A DNA stretch of 58,744 nucleotides from NCBI GenBank assembly GCA_034717975.1, contig JAYEMF010000138.1:8949-67692 (forward strand), given 5' to 3'. Positions 1-10,222 of the stretch are shown one piece after another. The position numbers and the translations under genes are program-made. The DNA comes from Campylobacterota bacterium. Its GTDB lineage: Bacteria > Campylobacterota > Campylobacteria > Campylobacterales > Sulfurimonadaceae. Under the pieces are notes generated by a model. The model saw nothing but the letters and a program-made list of their open reading frames with translations. It made no database searches and was not told the DNA's origin. How positions within the stretch are numbered: the stretch's first letter is position 1; every line of letters starts with the position of its first letter.

Positions 1-576
<576 letters not shown>

Positions 577-597
577 ATAGTGCATAGGCGTAACATG

Positions 598-606
598 TGC
601 TATAAT
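598..606 (+). promoter_or_regulatory. extended -10 element TGCTATAAT upstream of the toxin-antitoxin pair
   Basis: Exact TGnTATAAT about 30 nt upstream of ATG 636, and AAGGA about 6 nt before the ATG. Sequence pattern only. Confidence 0.45.
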
Positions 607-635
607 ACTATCAAAAGTAAGTATAAGGAAGAGCG

Positions 636-959
636 ATGCAAACAGTTGGCATAAAAGAACTACAGGTAAATCCGGCAAAACTGACCCGTGCATTGGAGTC
701 TCACGAATACGCCATGATCACTAAACGAAGTAAACCGATCGGTGTAGCAGTGTCGTTTGATGATCAGATCCTAACTAATGGTTTGCAAAAAGCACTGCTG
801 ATTGATGCTTACAAAAATACAATCATAAGTTTGGGACAGCTCAGCACCGGATTGACTCTTTCAAAAGAAAAAACTTTAAAGATGCTATCTTTGATGGGGA
901 TTGATGTAATAGACTATGAATTTAAAGATGATGTCAAAAATCTGGATACTTTTCTATGA
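636..959 (+). CDS. type II antitoxin candidate (Phd-like N-terminus, UPF0175-like C-terminus)
   Basis: 107 aa. The N-terminus reads GIKELQVNPAKLTRALESHEYAMITKRSKPIGVAV. The C-terminus reads ISLGQLSTGLTLSKEKTLKMLSLMGIDVIDY (HTH-like). Its stop overlaps the next start (ATGA, 956-959). Confidence 0.6.
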   Translation: MQTVGIKELQVNPAKLTRALESHEYAMITKRSKPIGVAVSFDDQILTNGLQKALLIDAYKNTIISLGQLSTGLTLSKEKTLKMLSLMGIDVIDYEFKDDVKNLDTFL

Positions 960-1414
960 TCATCAGTGACAGTACAACACTGATCATCCTCTCTGACCTG
1001 GGAAGAATTGATTTGTTGGAAAATCTTTTCTCTAAACTCTATATGCCTCAAGCTGTACATGAAGAGATGACCGTAAAGAAGGGTGTCAGGCTTCCCGATT
1101 TTATGCAAGTAGTTACGGTAAAAAACAGTGAATTGCTGGAGTCACTGAAACTACTTTTAGATGATGGCGAAAGCGAGGCGATTGCTTTAGCTGTAGAAAA
1201 ATCGTTACCATTGATCATCGATGAGAAAAAAGGTCGTAAGATAGCACTTAATGCAGGTGTTAAGATTATTGGTCTGTTAGGTATTATTTACCTTAATATC
1301 AGAAGAGAGTTTATGACACAAGATGAAGCTGGAATATTTTTAAATGATGCCATAAAACATGGATACAGGATCAATGCTAAATTGATTGATGATATGTTTA
1401 AGAGTCTGCAATAG
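956..1414 (+). CDS. PIN-like nuclease toxin candidate (DUF3368/COG2405 pattern)
   Basis: 152 aa. MIISDSTTLIILSDLGRIDLLENLF...DDGESEAIALAVE...LIIDEKKGRKIA fits the acidic-residue spacing of PIN-like proteins that pair with UPF0175 antitoxins. The gene has a 4-nt overlap with the upstream ORF. Confidence 0.65.
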   Translation: MIISDSTTLIILSDLGRIDLLENLFSKLYMPQAVHEEMTVKKGVRLPDFMQVVTVKNSELLESLKLLLDDGESEAIALAVEKSLPLIIDEKKGRKIALNAGVKIIGLLGIIYLNIRREFMTQDEAGIFLNDAIKHGYRINAKLIDDMFKSLQ

Positions 1415-2131
1415 ATGATCAATTTACGCCTCGACCAGTACCTTGTAGAACATAATGGCATCTTTAGCCGTAACAAAGCGCAGGAACTGATCAAAGCTAA
1501 AAAAGTATCTGTTGATGGCAAGGTGATCGTGAAGCCTGCCTTTAAAGTGGCCGATGAATGTGTTGAAGTAGATCAGACCGATATCTATGTCAGCCGTGCA
1601 GCCTGGAAGCTGAAAGGGTTTTTGCCGGAGTTGCCTTTTGACGTGCAGGGCATGGAGGTGGTCGATATCGGTGCGAGCACAGGAGGGTTTACGCAGGTAC
1701 TTCTTGAAAAAGGTGCCGAACATGTCTATGCGGTAGATGTCGGATCGGATCAACTGCATCCGACACTGCGCAAAGACAGTCGCATAACATCGATTGAAAA
1801 CACGGATATTCGTGACTATGACCCTGAACGAACATTTGAGCTGCTCGTCAGTGATGTGTCGTTTATCTCCCTGCTCAATATCCTTGATGATGTCGATCGG
1901 CTGGCTGAAAAGTGGATCATCCTGCTGTTTAAACCGCAGTTTGAAGTCGGACGGGAAGTGAAGCGTGACAAACACGGTGTTGTTCAAGATAAAAAAGCGA
2001 TCGAAAAAGCCAAAATGCGTTTTGAAGATGCTGCATCACTGTTAAATTGGGAGCTTATTGCGATGGAGACATCAAAGTTATCGGGAAAAGAGGGAAATAG
2101 TGAATTCTGCTACTGCTTTAGAAAAGATTGA
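1415..2131 (+). CDS. tlyA: TlyA-family 16S/23S rRNA (cytidine-2'-O)-methyltransferase (hemolysin A-like)
   Basis: S4-like N-terminus (RLDQYLVEHNGIFSRNKAQELIKAKKVSVDGK) and an FtsJ-type SAM motif (VVDIGASTGGFTQVLLEKGAEHVYAVDVG). Confidence 0.85.
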   Translation: MINLRLDQYLVEHNGIFSRNKAQELIKAKKVSVDGKVIVKPAFKVADECVEVDQTDIYVSRAAWKLKGFLPELPFDVQGMEVVDIGASTGGFTQVLLEKGAEHVYAVDVGSDQLHPTLRKDSRITSIENTDIRDYDPERTFELLVSDVSFISLLNILDDVDRLAEKWIILLFKPQFEVGREVKRDKHGVVQDKKAIEKAKMRFEDAASLLNWELIAMETSKLSGKEGNSEFCYCFRKD

Positions 2132-2939
2132 TACCATCGCCATCGGTGGGTTTGACGGGATGCATATCGGGCATCAGCATCTCTTTGATGCATTGGGTGA
2201 CAATGGTGCGATATTGGTCATTGAAACAGGGTATGCCAACCTGACACCGGGACGCGAACGCGAACACTTTACGCATTTTCCCATTATCTACTATCCGCTC
2301 GATGCCATCCGCCATCTGGATGGTGAAGGGTTTGTTCAAAAACTGTATGAACAGTTTCCATCACTGCAAAAGATCGTGGTCGGGTATGATTTTCATTTTG
2401 GCAAGGACAGACGCTATTCCCATTCCGATCTTGGGAAGCTTTTCAGTGGTGAAGTCATGGTTATCGAAGAGGTGACGCTGCATGATGATTCGGTGCATTC
2501 ACATAAGATCCGGGCAAAACTGCAGTTGGGCGATATTAAAGGCGCCAATGCATTTTTGGGCCACAACTATACAATTCATGGTCAGGTGGTCAGTGGGCAG
2601 GGGATAGGCAAAAAAGAGCTGGTGCCTACTATCAACCTTAAGAGTGAAGGTTTTTTACTGCCGCAGGAGGGAGTTTATGCAACGGTGACACGCATCGATG
2701 ATGAAGAGCATTATCATCCATCGGTCTCTTTTATCGGGCATCGGGTGACGACTGACGGTTCGTTTGCTGTCGAGACACATATCCTTGATGCAGATGTAAT
2801 GTGCCAGGAAAATGCATCGATCAGCTTTGTTCACTTTTTGCGCGAGAACCGCCGTTATGAATCACTTGAAGCGCTTAAAACGGCTATTGCGGCAGATATT
2901 AAGAGGGCTAAAAACGAATTGGAACATCTGGCGCTATAA
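2100..2939 (+). CDS. ribF: bifunctional riboflavin kinase / FAD synthetase
   Basis: GGFDGMHIGHQHLF nucleotidyltransferase motif and a C-terminal riboflavin kinase part (GQGIGKKELVPTINL...ETHILD). I set the start at GTG 2100 (GAGGG about 6 nt upstream). The track ORF opens at 2058 and would overlap tlyA by 74 nt. Confidence 0.85.
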   Translation: MNSATALEKIDTIAIGGFDGMHIGHQHLFDALGDNGAILVIETGYANLTPGREREHFTHFPIIYYPLDAIRHLDGEGFVQKLYEQFPSLQKIVVGYDFHFGKDRRYSHSDLGKLFSGEVMVIEEVTLHDDSVHSHKIRAKLQLGDIKGANAFLGHNYTIHGQVVSGQGIGKKELVPTINLKSEGFLLPQEGVYATVTRIDDEEHYHPSVSFIGHRVTTDGSFAVETHILDADVMCQENASISFVHFLRENRRYESLEALKTAIAADIKRAKNELEHLAL

Positions 2940-3012
2940 AGGGAAGGGGAAAGAGAGAAGTGTGAAGAGAGAAGAACGCAATTCCAAAGCCATTTCCCTT
3001 TCCCCCTTTCCT
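2938..3012. repeat. purine tract (2938-2976, 37/39 R) followed by a complementary pyrimidine tract (2993-3012, 20/20 Y)
   Basis: AAAGGGAAGGGGAAAGAGAGAAGTGTGAAGAGAGAAGAA ... TTTCCCTTTCCCCCTTTCCT directly after the ribF stop. GGGAAGGGG can pair with CCCCTTTCC (about 9-12 bp, roughly 40-nt loop). No T-run follows. Confidence 0.5.
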
Positions 3013-3117
3013 GAGCAAAGCGCAAAACTTATAGAAAAAAGTAGCTGATATTATGTAGGTTTAATCCTTTCTTCGATAAAATCACGCTAATTTTATACTA
3101 GATGAGGGGCACTTCTT

Positions 3118-3795
3118 ATGGGTGAATTATTTACTTTCTTCGGATTGATCAGTCACGATCATGCATGGATCTTTCTTACACATATGCTGCTGAGTGCAGG
3201 GCTTGTACTGCTGCTTGCTAAAATGGCTACAAGTAAATTGAGCGTTGTACCGACAGGTGCGCAAAATGTTATGGAAGCTTACCTTGGCGGTGTATTGGCC
3301 ATGGGTGCTGACGTTATGGGTAAAGAGGAAGCACGTCGTTACCTTCCACTGGTCGCTACTATCGGTCTTTTCGTCGCTATTGCGAACCTTATCGGTATTG
3401 TTCCGGGTTTTGAGGCTCCAAGTGCGTTTCTTGACTTTACACTGGCACTTGCACTGGTTGTTTTCGTTTACTATAACTATGAAGGTATCCGCCGTAACGG
3501 TGTTATCGCTTACTTCAAGCACTTCCTTGGACCGGTCTGGTGGTTGTACTGGCTGATGTTCCCGATCGAGATCGTTTCTCATATCTCTCGTATTATCTCT
3601 CTTAGCTTCCGTCTTTTCGGTAATGTCAAGGGTGACGATATGTTCTTGATGGTTATCCTGATGCTGGCTCCTTGGCTGCTCCCGATGATCCCGTTTGCAC
3701 TGCTCTCATTTATGGCACTGCTTCAAGCATTTATCTTTATGATGCTGACGTATGTTTACCTTGGTGGCGCGATCGCAGTTCACGACGACCACTAG
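3118..3795 (+). CDS. atpB: F0F1 ATP synthase subunit a
   Basis: 225-aa polytopic protein with the a-subunit signature [16 protein letters not shown] (essential Arg) and [14 protein letters not shown]. It is not adjacent to other atp genes. Confidence 0.9.
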   Translation: MGELFTFFGLISHDHAWIFLTHMLLSAGLVLLLAKMATSKLSVVPTGAQNVMEAYLGGVLAMGADVMGKEEARRYLPLVATIGLFVAIANLIGIVPGFEAPSAFLDFTLALALVVFVYYNYEGIRRNGVIAYFKHFLGPVWWLYWLMFPIEIVSHISRIISLSFRLFGNVKGDDMFLMVILMLAPWLLPMIPFALLSFMALLQAFIFMMLTYVYLGGAIAVHDDH

Positions 3796-3817
3796 TAAAA
3801 ACCTACACTGACTCTGC

Positions 3818-4087
3818 ATGAAACGAAGTACGTTTGACAATATCATCGGCTTTCTGCAGGGCATCTTCTGGGCATTCCTTCTCATCGGTGCCTGGATCAC
3901 TTTCCACATTGTCTCTATTTTCGGTCTCCCTTTAGCTGTCTTTTTTACCTTTTTATTTATCTTTTTTGCTTTGATAGCACTCTTGCTGCTTGAAAGTATG
4001 CGGATCAATCGTCTGAAAGCCGATGAAGTTTTTAAACAGACGAAACTTCTGGAGTCCATAGAGCAATCGCTTAATACAGAATCATAA
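3818..4087 (+). CDS. small hypothetical membrane protein (2 predicted TM helices)
   Basis: 89 aa. It has hydrophobic stretches GFLQGIFWAFLLIGAWITFHIV and LAVFFTFLFIFFALIALLLL. It lies 22 nt after atpB on the same strand. No recognisable family. Confidence 0.4.
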   Translation: MKRSTFDNIIGFLQGIFWAFLLIGAWITFHIVSIFGLPLAVFFTFLFIFFALIALLLLESMRINRLKADEVFKQTKLLESIEQSLNTES

Positions 4088-4096
4088 TCAGCCGCC

Positions 4097-4112
4097 AGGG
4101 CACCTCTAAAAA
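4097..4112 (+). repeat. solo copy of the AGGGCACCTCTAAA(AA) motif
   Basis: 16 nt identical to the outer end of the 17887-17919 inverted repeat, starting 10 nt after the stop of ORF 3818..4087. Confidence 0.8.
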
Positions 4113-4239
4113 TTTCTTTCTTACTCACCAAGGGTTACAAATAGCTATATTTTGTTAAAAAGAAAGATATATACTATGAATTGTGGAATTATATCTATAT
4201 AATAAATAATAATTTTTTTCCATTAAGAGTGGTAGTTTT

Positions 4240-5091
4240 ATGTTTAAAAGCACCAAGGTTGATATCAGTAAGTATCATTTTAGCCGTTATATTGAAAGCG
4301 CTATGATAATTGAACCGTTAGACGCCGGCGATATTTTTGAGTTCATCCATCTGCCACAGATGAGTGAAGTCCTGCTGCTTAATTTTGGTAATCAAATCAG
4401 TTGCGAGAGTGTAGGGGAAAGCAGGGAATGTACATTTTTTACTGAAACTACTCCCTACTTATGCGGAAAAAGTGATCACACCAGGATAGTTCAAACAAAA
4501 CTTGAACATCCGATCTGTCTGATAAAATTCAAACCCTGTACCTTTTTCATCTTCTCCGGTGAGAGTGCCAAAAACTACTTTAATAAAATTGTTCCGCTTA
4601 CCTGCAATATCGATTTGAGCACAACTAATCCAACAGAAGAGATGCTCATGGGATTTTTAAGTGAGCATATGAAAGAAAACTATGCTGATGAGCTGGAGCA
4701 GGTGAACCTTTTTAATATTTTGGAATATATTCATGCAAATTTCACTTCCATTACCGTCAATGAACTGAGCAGACTCTTCAATAAATCAAAGGTGACGCTG
4801 TTCCGCTATTTTCAAAAATATATCGGTATCAATCTGAATACCTATATCCGTTATCAGAAGTTCAAAGCAATGATAGTGAAGCTCTATCGTGATCAGTATG
4901 ATGCGATCACGAGCATTGAACATGGCTTTTTCGACCAGTCTCACTTTATCAAAGCATTTAAAAAGAGTTATACCTATACGCCACTGCAGTTCATCAGGGA
5001 ACTCGAGTCAAGGTTTCAAGAGAATAAAGAGTCAAGAGAGCTCTTTGAAGAGTTTTATATATATGATCAAATTCAATATAGAGACGTGTAG
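4240..5091 (+). CDS. AraC-family transcriptional regulator
   Basis: C-terminal double HTH: LSRLFNKSKVTLFRYFQKYIGINLNTYIRYQKF ... GFFDQSHFIKAFKKSYTYTPLQF. Confidence 0.75.
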   Translation: MFKSTKVDISKYHFSRYIESAMIIEPLDAGDIFEFIHLPQMSEVLLLNFGNQISCESVGESRECTFFTETTPYLCGKSDHTRIVQTKLEHPICLIKFKPCTFFIFSGESAKNYFNKIVPLTCNIDLSTTNPTEEMLMGFLSEHMKENYADELEQVNLFNILEYIHANFTSITVNELSRLFNKSKVTLFRYFQKYIGINLNTYIRYQKFKAMIVKLYRDQYDAITSIEHGFFDQSHFIKAFKKSYTYTPLQFIRELESRFQENKESRELFEEFYIYDQIQYRDV

Positions 5092-6069
5092 ATGACGATG
5101 AATATCGCAATGATGAATGAACATTTGTCTCTGTTTATGCTTCTGATCGGGCTTGGAACCGTTGGCGTGATCCTATTGAAAAGGTCGAGTCTCAAAAAGA
5201 TATTTCTTTCATTTTCCAAAAGTCATAGCTCCTACTATCAGGAGCTTCTCGATCAGTCCATCCCGATTTCCAAAACAGATCTGAAGGGCAACATTACCGC
5301 TGTCAATCAGGCATTTACCGATATTACCGGTTATGAGAAGCATGAACTTCTTGGAAAAAACCACAATATACTCAGACATGAAGATGTTCCCGACAGCATC
5401 TATAAAGAGTTTTGGGGCACACTGACCTCTGACAAGATTTGGCATGGCGAGATGCAAAACCGCCGCAAAGACGGTTCGACCTTCTGGTTCAATGTACGTG
5501 TTCATCCGGAACTGAACAGACGCGGTAAAAAAATAGGTTACATTGCGGTACGTCAGGATATTACAGCCGGTAAAAAAATGGAGATACTCGCTTCACTCGA
5601 TCCATTGACCAAAGTCTACAATCGAAGTAAATTCAATCACTTCGTAGAACATGAGATCAGCATGTTCAAACGATACAATATTTCCAGCACACTCGTTTTA
5701 TGTGATATTGACCATTTCAAGCGAGTTAATGACCAATATGGGCACCTTGCGGGTGACGAGATACTGGTCAGTATTGTCAAGCTTATAAAGCAGGGTATTC
5801 GAGAATGTGACCTGCTGGCACGTTGGGGTGGTGAAGAGTTTGCACTCCTTCTACCAGCGACTTCAGGCAAAGAAGCCTTGATAGTGGTAGAGAAGATCAG
5901 AGAACGTATCTCTGATTCGGCTTTTCCTTCAGTCGGAAGAGTGACCGTCAGTTTTGGCGTGGCTGAGATCGAAGAAGCTGAAGATGAAATTTCCTGGTTT
6001 AAGCATGCCGATGATGCACTTTACCGGGCGAAGGAACATGGCCGAAACCGGGTTATGAGTAAAGTATAG
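5092..6069 (+). CDS. membrane-anchored PAS-GGDEF diguanylate cyclase
   Basis: N-terminal TM, a PAS domain (SKTDLKGNITAVNQAFTDITGYEKHELLGKNHNILRHEDVP), then GGDEF with I-site plus active site RECDLLARWGGEEF. The ATG follows the AraC-type stop directly (TAGATG). Confidence 0.85.
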   Translation: MTMNIAMMNEHLSLFMLLIGLGTVGVILLKRSSLKKIFLSFSKSHSSYYQELLDQSIPISKTDLKGNITAVNQAFTDITGYEKHELLGKNHNILRHEDVPDSIYKEFWGTLTSDKIWHGEMQNRRKDGSTFWFNVRVHPELNRRGKKIGYIAVRQDITAGKKMEILASLDPLTKVYNRSKFNHFVEHEISMFKRYNISSTLVLCDIDHFKRVNDQYGHLAGDEILVSIVKLIKQGIRECDLLARWGGEEFALLLPATSGKEALIVVEKIRERISDSAFPSVGRVTVSFGVAEIEEAEDEISWFKHADDALYRAKEHGRNRVMSKV

Positions 6070-6108
6070 ATTTGCAAGAAATCTCTGGCTTTAAAAAAGA
6101 CAGCTTTC

Positions 6109-6135
6109 ACTAGAAATCATTTAGTGATTTCTAGT
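6109..6135 (-). terminator. hairpin between convergent genes (possible terminator of 6212..8128)
   Basis: ACTAGAAATCA-tttag-TGATTTCTAGT (11-bp stem). On the minus strand a T6 run follows about 12 nt later. A second small hairpin GCACT-tt-AGTGC lies at 6139-6150. No T-run follows on the plus strand. Confidence 0.4.
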
Positions 6136-6211
6136 ATCGCACTTTAGTGCAGAAGTGCCACGTGTGTTCGGTGCCATTGGATAGCACTGAATGTAAATGG
6201 GCTTTGCTCAA

Positions 6212-8128
6212 TTAACGGCCTACCACCATGTTCCTGCCGCCATGTTTTGCTTCATACAGGGCTTCGTCAACCCGCTTGAGAAACGCATCGATACTTTCAT
6301 CTTCTTCAAATACGGTGACTCCAAAGCTTGCCGTAAATGGAGGCAGTCCCTCCTGGCTGAACGATTCGATCTCCTGACGTACCCGTTCGGCTTTCAAGGC
6401 TGCATTGGCTACATTGGTATGTGGCAGCAAGATCATAAACTCTTCACCGCCCCAGCGTCCAAAAAGATCATCTTCCCGAAGTACTGCTTTAACAGTTTTT
6501 GCCAACTGTATAAGTACGTCATCCCCAACATCATGGCCGTAGGTGTCGTTGATCGGTTTGAAATGGTCAATGTCAAACATGATGATTGAGAGAGGTCTTT
6601 TGCTTAGGCTGGCCTGTTGTGTTTCGCTGATAAGGAGTTCATTGAACTTCTGGCGGTTGAATATCCCGGTGAGATGGTCGTAGTAGGCCTTTATTTCAAA
6701 CTGTTTTTTCTCGATCATCAGGTCGGTAATGTCGTTGAAGCTGACGACATTGTGAGCATGATCGTCGTAAGTATTGAATGTCACCAGAAATGCTTTTGGA
6801 TTGTCATGGAGATCAAGTATGGAGACGATGCGTCCGTTTTCATCCAGGGTCTGCATGTAGTCGATCCAGTTGCTCTGTTCAGGTACCTCCCCAAGGTGAA
6901 AAAAGCCGGGAACTTCCAGAAAGAGATCGCAGATACACGGATGTTTGGCTTTAAATTGGGCAAGATCGCTATAACCGAAGAAGTCGTAGAACTTTCGGTT
7001 GACCTCAATGATCTGCAGACCGTCGGTAATAATGATGATATTGTTGATATTATCGATGACGGCACTAAGTTTTTTCTTTTCATTGTTCAGCGCATCCACC
7101 TGCAGACTCAAATCTTTTTGTAGGCGCTGCTGACGGCAGTATAAGAGGAGCAGCAGTGTAGTGAGGATCAGATAGAAGGCATAGGCAAGCCAAAAGAAAA
7201 TCTTCCCCCGGGTGATGAAGGGGCTTTCACTGATAAATTGGATATGGGCGACAGTGCCTTTTGTTACGGGGTTTTTGATCGGGATGAAAGTGTAAAGCCT
7301 TACGCCATTTTCGCCTTCGGCATAAACGGAAAAGGCCTTGTTGGTATGCATCGCTTCTGAGAGATGCGTATTTTGTTTCAGGTCTGCCAGATCGGAACCG
7401 TATCTCTCAACATCTTCGCTGCGGTTGAAGAGAAAATGTTCGTTGATGGAACTTGTAACATAGTGCTTCTTTAACGATTGCCACGCTTTCTGTTCGGCTC
7501 TTCTTTTGCTGAACAGCAGGTGGGTATAGTGCAGTGGTGTATTGAGCATATCGATAAAGATATATGAATTTCTGGAAACCTCGACACTCCCGAGATAGGT
7601 GTCGTCACTGTCAAAGAGGGGGTAGACAAAACGAAAACCGCTGGCCACACGGCCGAGTTCAAATCCGTCGATGGGACGGTGCTGTTGATTGACATAAGCA
7701 ATGGTTTCGCGGGCAGTGCTTAGATCATCGCCGTATTTGTCCGGCTTGTGCATCCGTAAAAAGCTGTGATTCTTCGGGGTGTGAAAGTGCAGCTGTTTGA
7801 GGTAGGAGCCTTTAAGGATGTCGTAATCCGGCTGAAGCAGGGCCTGGAGTTTCCGCCGGGCATTGTCGCGACCCTCCTGATCGGCATGAAGCGCTTCTCT
7901 TAGCAGTGCTTTGATTTTGGGTTTGTTGATCAGGGTGTTATAGACAATATCAGATTTGTTTTTAAATGCATTGTAGACGGTCTGATATTCGACCTCTATG
8001 CTATGGGTCGTATTTTCAAGGTGGTGGCTGATGCGTTTATGTTTGTCGATGCTTAAGAGAATGAAACCGAATAGTTGGATCAGCAGAAAAAGCAAAATAA
8101 CAGAGCTGTTGAGCAGTGCGTTTCGCAT
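6212..8128 (-). CDS. Cache-PAS-GGDEF sensor diguanylate cyclase
   Basis: N-terminal TM, a periplasmic Cache-like region (HFHTPKNHSFLRMHKPDKYGDDL...GFRFVYPLFDSDDTYLGSVEV), a second TM, a PAS domain, and GGDEF with REDDLFGRWGGEEF. Confidence 0.85.
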   Translation of the reverse strand: MRNALLNSSVILLFLLIQLFGFILLSIDKHKRISHHLENTTHSIEVEYQTVYNAFKNKSDIVYNTLINKPKIKALLREALHADQEGRDNARRKLQALLQPDYDILKGSYLKQLHFHTPKNHSFLRMHKPDKYGDDLSTARETIAYVNQQHRPIDGFELGRVASGFRFVYPLFDSDDTYLGSVEVSRNSYIFIDMLNTPLHYTHLLFSKRRAEQKAWQSLKKHYVTSSINEHFLFNRSEDVERYGSDLADLKQNTHLSEAMHTNKAFSVYAEGENGVRLYTFIPIKNPVTKGTVAHIQFISESPFITRGKIFFWLAYAFYLILTTLLLLLYCRQQRLQKDLSLQVDALNNEKKKLSAVIDNINNIIIITDGLQIIEVNRKFYDFFGYSDLAQFKAKHPCICDLFLEVPGFFHLGEVPEQSNWIDYMQTLDENGRIVSILDLHDNPKAFLVTFNTYDDHAHNVVSFNDITDLMIEKKQFEIKAYYDHLTGIFNRQKFNELLISETQQASLSKRPLSIIMFDIDHFKPINDTYGHDVGDDVLIQLAKTVKAVLREDDLFGRWGGEEFMILLPHTNVANAALKAERVRQEIESFSQEGLPPFTASFGVTVFEEDESIDAFLKRVDEALYEAKHGGRNMVVGR

Positions 8129-8216
8129 TCATACAGCCTTTTCGGGTAAGTGGTTATATGAGTATAGCATATGAAAATATCATGCGCTATAATCATGTTA
8201 TCAAAGAGGAAACAAC

Positions 8217-8786
8217 ATGTCTGACAAAGCAGTTGAGGCTTATCTTATCAGTGATCCTGAGTATTATGGAAAAACGGCTGAATCGGTAGCCAAGGCCACA
8301 GTAAATGCCATTGAGAAATTTCATCCGGAGTATGCCTGCTTCAGAGATAAAAGCAGCGGGGATTATGCTTCACTGGCTGCAGGATTTATCAAAGCAGCCA
8401 AAGCTGCCGGATGCGGCTGTGTGCTGCTGCATGGCGATGTGGTATTGGCGGAAAAACTTGGAGCCGACGGGGTGCATCTGACATCGATGCAGTTTGATGA
8501 GATCGAAAAAGCCAAAGCACTTGGCCTCTATACCGTCATCAGTACCCATACCCATGAAGAGGTTTTTAGAGCAGCCAAAATGGGTGCTGATGCGGTGACT
8601 TACAGCCCTATATTTACAACCCCAAACAAGGGTGAACCCAAGGGTTTAGAGGATTTAAATGAATTAGTGGGTAAAATCTCTCTCAATATCTTTGCTCTGG
8701 GCGGTATTACGACGCCCAGGCAGGTCCAAGAGATTGAAAGCACCGGTGTCTACGGTTTCGCTTCAATCCGTTATTTTTTAACCTAG
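8217..8786 (+). CDS. thiE: thiamine-phosphate synthase-like protein
   Basis: 189 aa, TIM-barrel ThiE pattern: [19 protein letters not shown] ... ISTHTHEE ... [17 protein letters not shown] ... IFALGGI. Confidence 0.7.
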   Translation: MSDKAVEAYLISDPEYYGKTAESVAKATVNAIEKFHPEYACFRDKSSGDYASLAAGFIKAAKAAGCGCVLLHGDVVLAEKLGADGVHLTSMQFDEIEKAKALGLYTVISTHTHEEVFRAAKMGADAVTYSPIFTTPNKGEPKGLEDLNELVGKISLNIFALGGITTPRQVQEIESTGVYGFASIRYFLT

Positions 8787-8796
8787 GAATTTTTTT

Positions 8797-10221
8797 ATGT
8801 TTGAAGTCGTTATCGGCCTTGAAGTACACGTTCAGTTAAACACCAATACCAAACTCTTTTGTTCATGTCCAACCAGTTTTAATCATACACAAAACTCAAA
8901 TACCTGTCCAACCTGCCTGGCCCTTCCGGGTGCCTTGCCGGTGCTAAACAATGAAGTCCTTCGCAAATCAGTGATGTTCGGAACAGCCATCGATGCAACG
9001 ATCAACCGCACCTCGTATTTTGACCGTAAAAGCTACTTCTATCCGGACAGCCCGAGTGCCTACCAGATTACGCAGCTCTATACGCCGATCGTCGAGCATG
9101 GTCACCTTGAGATCGATTTTGAAGACGGGTCACATAAAACGATCCGTATCAACCGTGCACATATCGAAGCGGATGCCGGGAAAAATATCCATGAAGGCGA
9201 TCAATCAAAAGTAGACCTTAACCGTGCGGGTACACCTCTGCTGGAGATCGTTTCTGAACCTGATATGCGTTCAGATGAAGAAGTGATCTTGTACCTTAAA
9301 AAACTTCACTCCATTGTACGCTACCTCGATATCTCCGATGCCAACATGCAAGAGGGGTCGTTCCGTGTTGACGTCAATGTCTCCATCCGTCCAAAAGGGG
9401 ATGAGAAGCTCTACACCCGTGTCGAGATCAAAAATATCAACAGCTTCCGTTCTATCCAAAAAGCGATCGAGATCGAAGTGCAGCGACAGATCGAAGCGTG
9501 GGAAGATGGTCTCTATGATGAAGAGATCTCTCAGGAGACCCGTCTGTTTGACCAGGACAAACAGGAGACCCGCTCTATGCGCGGGAAAGAGGAAGCGGCA
9601 GATTACCGCTATTTCCCGGAACCTGACCTGCTCAAAGCCGTGGTAACCGATGAGATGTTTGCCGAGGCATCACAGATCCCGGAACTGCCGGACGAGAAGC
9701 GTGAGCGTTTTGTGAACGAATACGGTATGCGTGAATACGATGCCGGTGTGATTACGGCTGACCTTGGAATGGCACACTTCTTTGAGAAGATGGTTGAAGA
9801 GGGTGCATCACCAAAGAACAGTGTCACCTGGCTGACCGTTGAACTGCAGGGTCGTCTGAAAGGTGGTCTCTCACTTGCCGAATCTCCGGTTGGTGCGGTG
9901 AAACTTGCTGCAGTTGTCAAACGTATTGAAGACAAGACCATCAGCGGTAAAGCGGCCAAAGAGGTACTCGACTTCTTGATGGAAGAAGATGCAGATGTGG
10001 ATGCTGCTATCGATAAGCTCGGTCTGAAGCAGGTGAGTGATACGGGGGCCATTGAAAAGATGGTCGATGCGATCCTCGAAGCCAACCCGGATAAAGTTGA
10101 ACAGTACCGGGGTGGTAAAGATAAACTCTTCGGCTTCTTTGTCGGTCAGGTTATGAAGGCGAGTAAAGGAAGTGCCAACCCGCAGGCCGTCAATGAGATC
10201 CTAAAGTCAAAACTGGGTTGA
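8797..10221 (+). CDS. gatB: Asp-tRNA(Asn)/Glu-tRNA(Gln) amidotransferase subunit B
   Basis: [24 protein letters not shown]-terminus, a [16 protein letters not shown] segment and a GatB/YqeY-type C-terminal domain ([24 protein letters not shown]). Confidence 0.95.
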   Translation: MFEVVIGLEVHVQLNTNTKLFCSCPTSFNHTQNSNTCPTCLALPGALPVLNNEVLRKSVMFGTAIDATINRTSYFDRKSYFYPDSPSAYQITQLYTPIVEHGHLEIDFEDGSHKTIRINRAHIEADAGKNIHEGDQSKVDLNRAGTPLLEIVSEPDMRSDEEVILYLKKLHSIVRYLDISDANMQEGSFRVDVNVSIRPKGDEKLYTRVEIKNINSFRSIQKAIEIEVQRQIEAWEDGLYDEEISQETRLFDQDKQETRSMRGKEEAADYRYFPEPDLLKAVVTDEMFAEASQIPELPDEKRERFVNEYGMREYDAGVITADLGMAHFFEKMVEEGASPKNSVTWLTVELQGRLKGGLSLAESPVGAVKLAAVVKRIEDKTISGKAAKEVLDFLMEEDADVDAAIDKLGLKQVSDTGAIEKMVDAILEANPDKVEQYRGGKDKLFGFFVGQVMKASKGSANPQAVNEILKSKLG

Positions 10222-10222
10222 T

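Noticed and set aside
8129-8216. Looked for a TPP riboswitch upstream of thiE, and for an FMN element near ribF.
   Set aside because: The thiE spacer is only 88 nt, lacks the CTGAGA/ACCTGA-type conserved cores and contains a simple TATAAT promoter. ribF overlaps tlyA and has no leader.
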